Sequence record: DRR723986_2372
DNA: 20,000 bases
Strand: one strand, 5' to 3'
Shown: piece by piece, positions 18,644 through 20,000 of the stretch
Layout: each line of letters opens with the position of its first letter
Position numbering within the stretch: the first letter of the stretch is position 1
Made by a program: the position numbers and the translations under genes
The notes under the pieces: generated by a model
Database searches by the model: none
What the model was told of the DNA's origin: nothing
The model's input: the letters and a program-made list of their open reading frames with translations, nothing else

Positions 18644-19573
18644 TTACGCCAGGAAGACACTTAGATTGTGATTGCTCTTCCGGTGTGCCTCGACTGCAGA
18701 GAGCTTTACAGGCGACCCTGCTTCAATAGCTTGTTCAAGAACGATATGAGGCTTGATTGAGTGCTGGGACAACTCATCGAAGAGCCGCCGATAGTCGATA
18801 TCGCCCTCCATCGAAAACTCCTCTGTCCACACACCGCCTTCCGACTGGCGAAGATGAAGCTCCACGATTCGATCTTTGTATTGGGCGAGTGCGTCAAAGA
18901 CCGCCACCTGCGAATCACCGCATCCGCGGTAAACCCAGTGGGCATCGAAGCAGAATTTAACGTTCTCCGGATCTGTGGCGGTTAGCATGTGGTGAAATTC
19001 CCGTGCGCCCTGCCGAAGCTCCGCATCGTGGTTGTGATAAGCCAAAGTGATGCCCGCAGTGCGAAGGTCTGCACCTAGAGCATCAAGGGAGCGGGCTTGC
19101 AGTTGTAATTGGGCGTCGGATTTATCTTCTGGCCCGCCCCAGCGAATCGGCGAGGGATTGGTTACAACAATGCGGGTGCCGAGTGTCTTAGCAGCATTGG
19201 CGATCGCCTTCACGTTTTCGATGCTTGAGTCGACCTTTGTTTCGTCATGAAGAACGCTGTTGACGTAGATCGACTTCATTTGAAGGTCATGGTTGTCCAG
19301 CCGCTCACCGAGCGCGGAAAACTCATCAGCGCTCTCGATGATGGGCTCGTATCCACTAATACCAGTTCCTGCGATGTCACCGAGCAGTTCGTCGCTGTGG
19401 AGCATAAATGACTGCTTTGCACGCCGAGCGAAGGTCAGCCAAGGGTATGTATTGGTCGCGATGTGAGGCTCCACACCAGGCGTTCCCCCGATCGCTTCTC
19501 TCAATTGCAAAAGGTTGCACGCTGATATAGTTGCCGCTGTTCCTGCCAACATCTTTCGGCGATTGAATGCCAT
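18644..19573 (-). CDS. Sugar phosphate isomerase/epimerase, xylose-isomerase-like TIM barrel (IolE-like), with Tat signal
   Basis: MAFNRRKMLAGTAA twin-arginine leader and metal-site motifs AYHNH, CFDAHW, ELHLRQ, GDIDY and VLEQ. Confidence 0.85.
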   Translation of the reverse strand: MAFNRRKMLAGTAATISACNLLQLREAIGGTPGVEPHIATNTYPWLTFARRAKQSFMLHSDELLGDIAGTGISGYEPIIESADEFSALGERLDNHDLQMKSIYVNSVLHDETKVDSSIENVKAIANAAKTLGTRIVVTNPSPIRWGGPEDKSDAQLQLQARSLDALGADLRTAGITLAYHNHDAELRQGAREFHHMLTATDPENVKFCFDAHWVYRGCGDSQVAVFDALAQYKDRIVELHLRQSEGGVWTEEFSMEGDIDYRRLFDELSQHSIKPHIVLEQAIEAGSPVKLSAVEAHRKSNHNLSVFLA

Positions 19574-19666
19574 GTCTGTGCCTCAAGTCATTACGTCTAT
19601 AGTGTGTTTCGTTTCCGGGGTGCATTCTACTCAAAAGCACTGTGGTTCATCACGACAACAAAACAC

Positions 19667-20000
19667 ACGCTCCACCTGCCGCCAGCCTGCGGTTCTTGTC
19701 GTACGTGCGTTTCACACGGAACCGCCCCTCGCGTGTTTCGGCTGATCGTTTCGGCCCCATCATCAGCCGCCTGGCACCTGCCGGCGGTTCTCCGCGTTGG
19801 GTTGCACGACAGGAACCGAACGCTAACGCGTTGCGGCTGATTGTGTGAACTGCCGCCGGCGCTCATCAAACTGCACTCGGCGATTTTCGCTGCGCGGATT
19901 CGAAAAACTGTAGCGGACCACCCTATGCCCGCAAACATCAACCGCGAGCCTGCCGTTTTTTGCGTTGCCCACGCGCCCCATCATCAGCCGCCTGGCGCCA
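19667..20000. repeat. Cluster of alternating direct/inverted 28-29 bp palindromic repeats (REP/BIME-like), consensus ATCAGCCG...CGGTTC
   Basis: Copies at 19667-19695 (+, degenerate 5' end), 19719-19746 (-), 19762-19790 (+), 19813-19841 (-) and 19983-20000 (+, cut by the window edge). An exact 22-bp direct repeat GCCCCATCATCAGCCGCCTGGC occurs at 19754-19775 and 19975-19996. Confidence 0.75.

Noticed and set aside
19667..20000. Repeat cluster as a CRISPR array
   Set aside because: The copies alternate in orientation, diverge internally and have irregular spacing (15-23 nt, then ~140 nt), and no cas genes are present.

Overview
Bacterial chromosomal window, most likely from a planctomycete (inferred from a DUF1501 protein, a BBP7-like beta-barrel and the intergenic repeat style). 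It is mostly housekeeping and metabolic. The minus strand carries a nucleoside/ribose cluster: exported IU-NH-family hydrolase, ribokinase, and an RbsB-like lipoprotein that runs off the window start and is missing from the ORF track. This cluster is split by a ~1.6 kb opposite-strand, lower-GC block of orphan genes that starts right after an inverted GTAG-type REP dimer. Next come an MFS transporter, a beta-barrel outer-membrane protein, ppk2 divergent from class II fba, a large exported alpha/beta-hydrolase, a lone DUF1501 gene, groES-groEL, an AIM24 protein, a soluble tandem anti-sigma-like zinc protein, a Tat-exported sugar isomerase TIM barrel, and a cluster of 28-29 bp inverted repeats at the right end. 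The most notable signals are a perfect sigma-54 promoter (no CIRCE seen) upstream of groESL, a second sigma-54-type site before the MFS gene, the REP-bordered orphan cassette, and the repeat family with compensatory stem changes. No CRISPR array, tRNA, rRNA or transposase was seen, and no clearly new multi-gene system can be demonstrated from the sequence alone.
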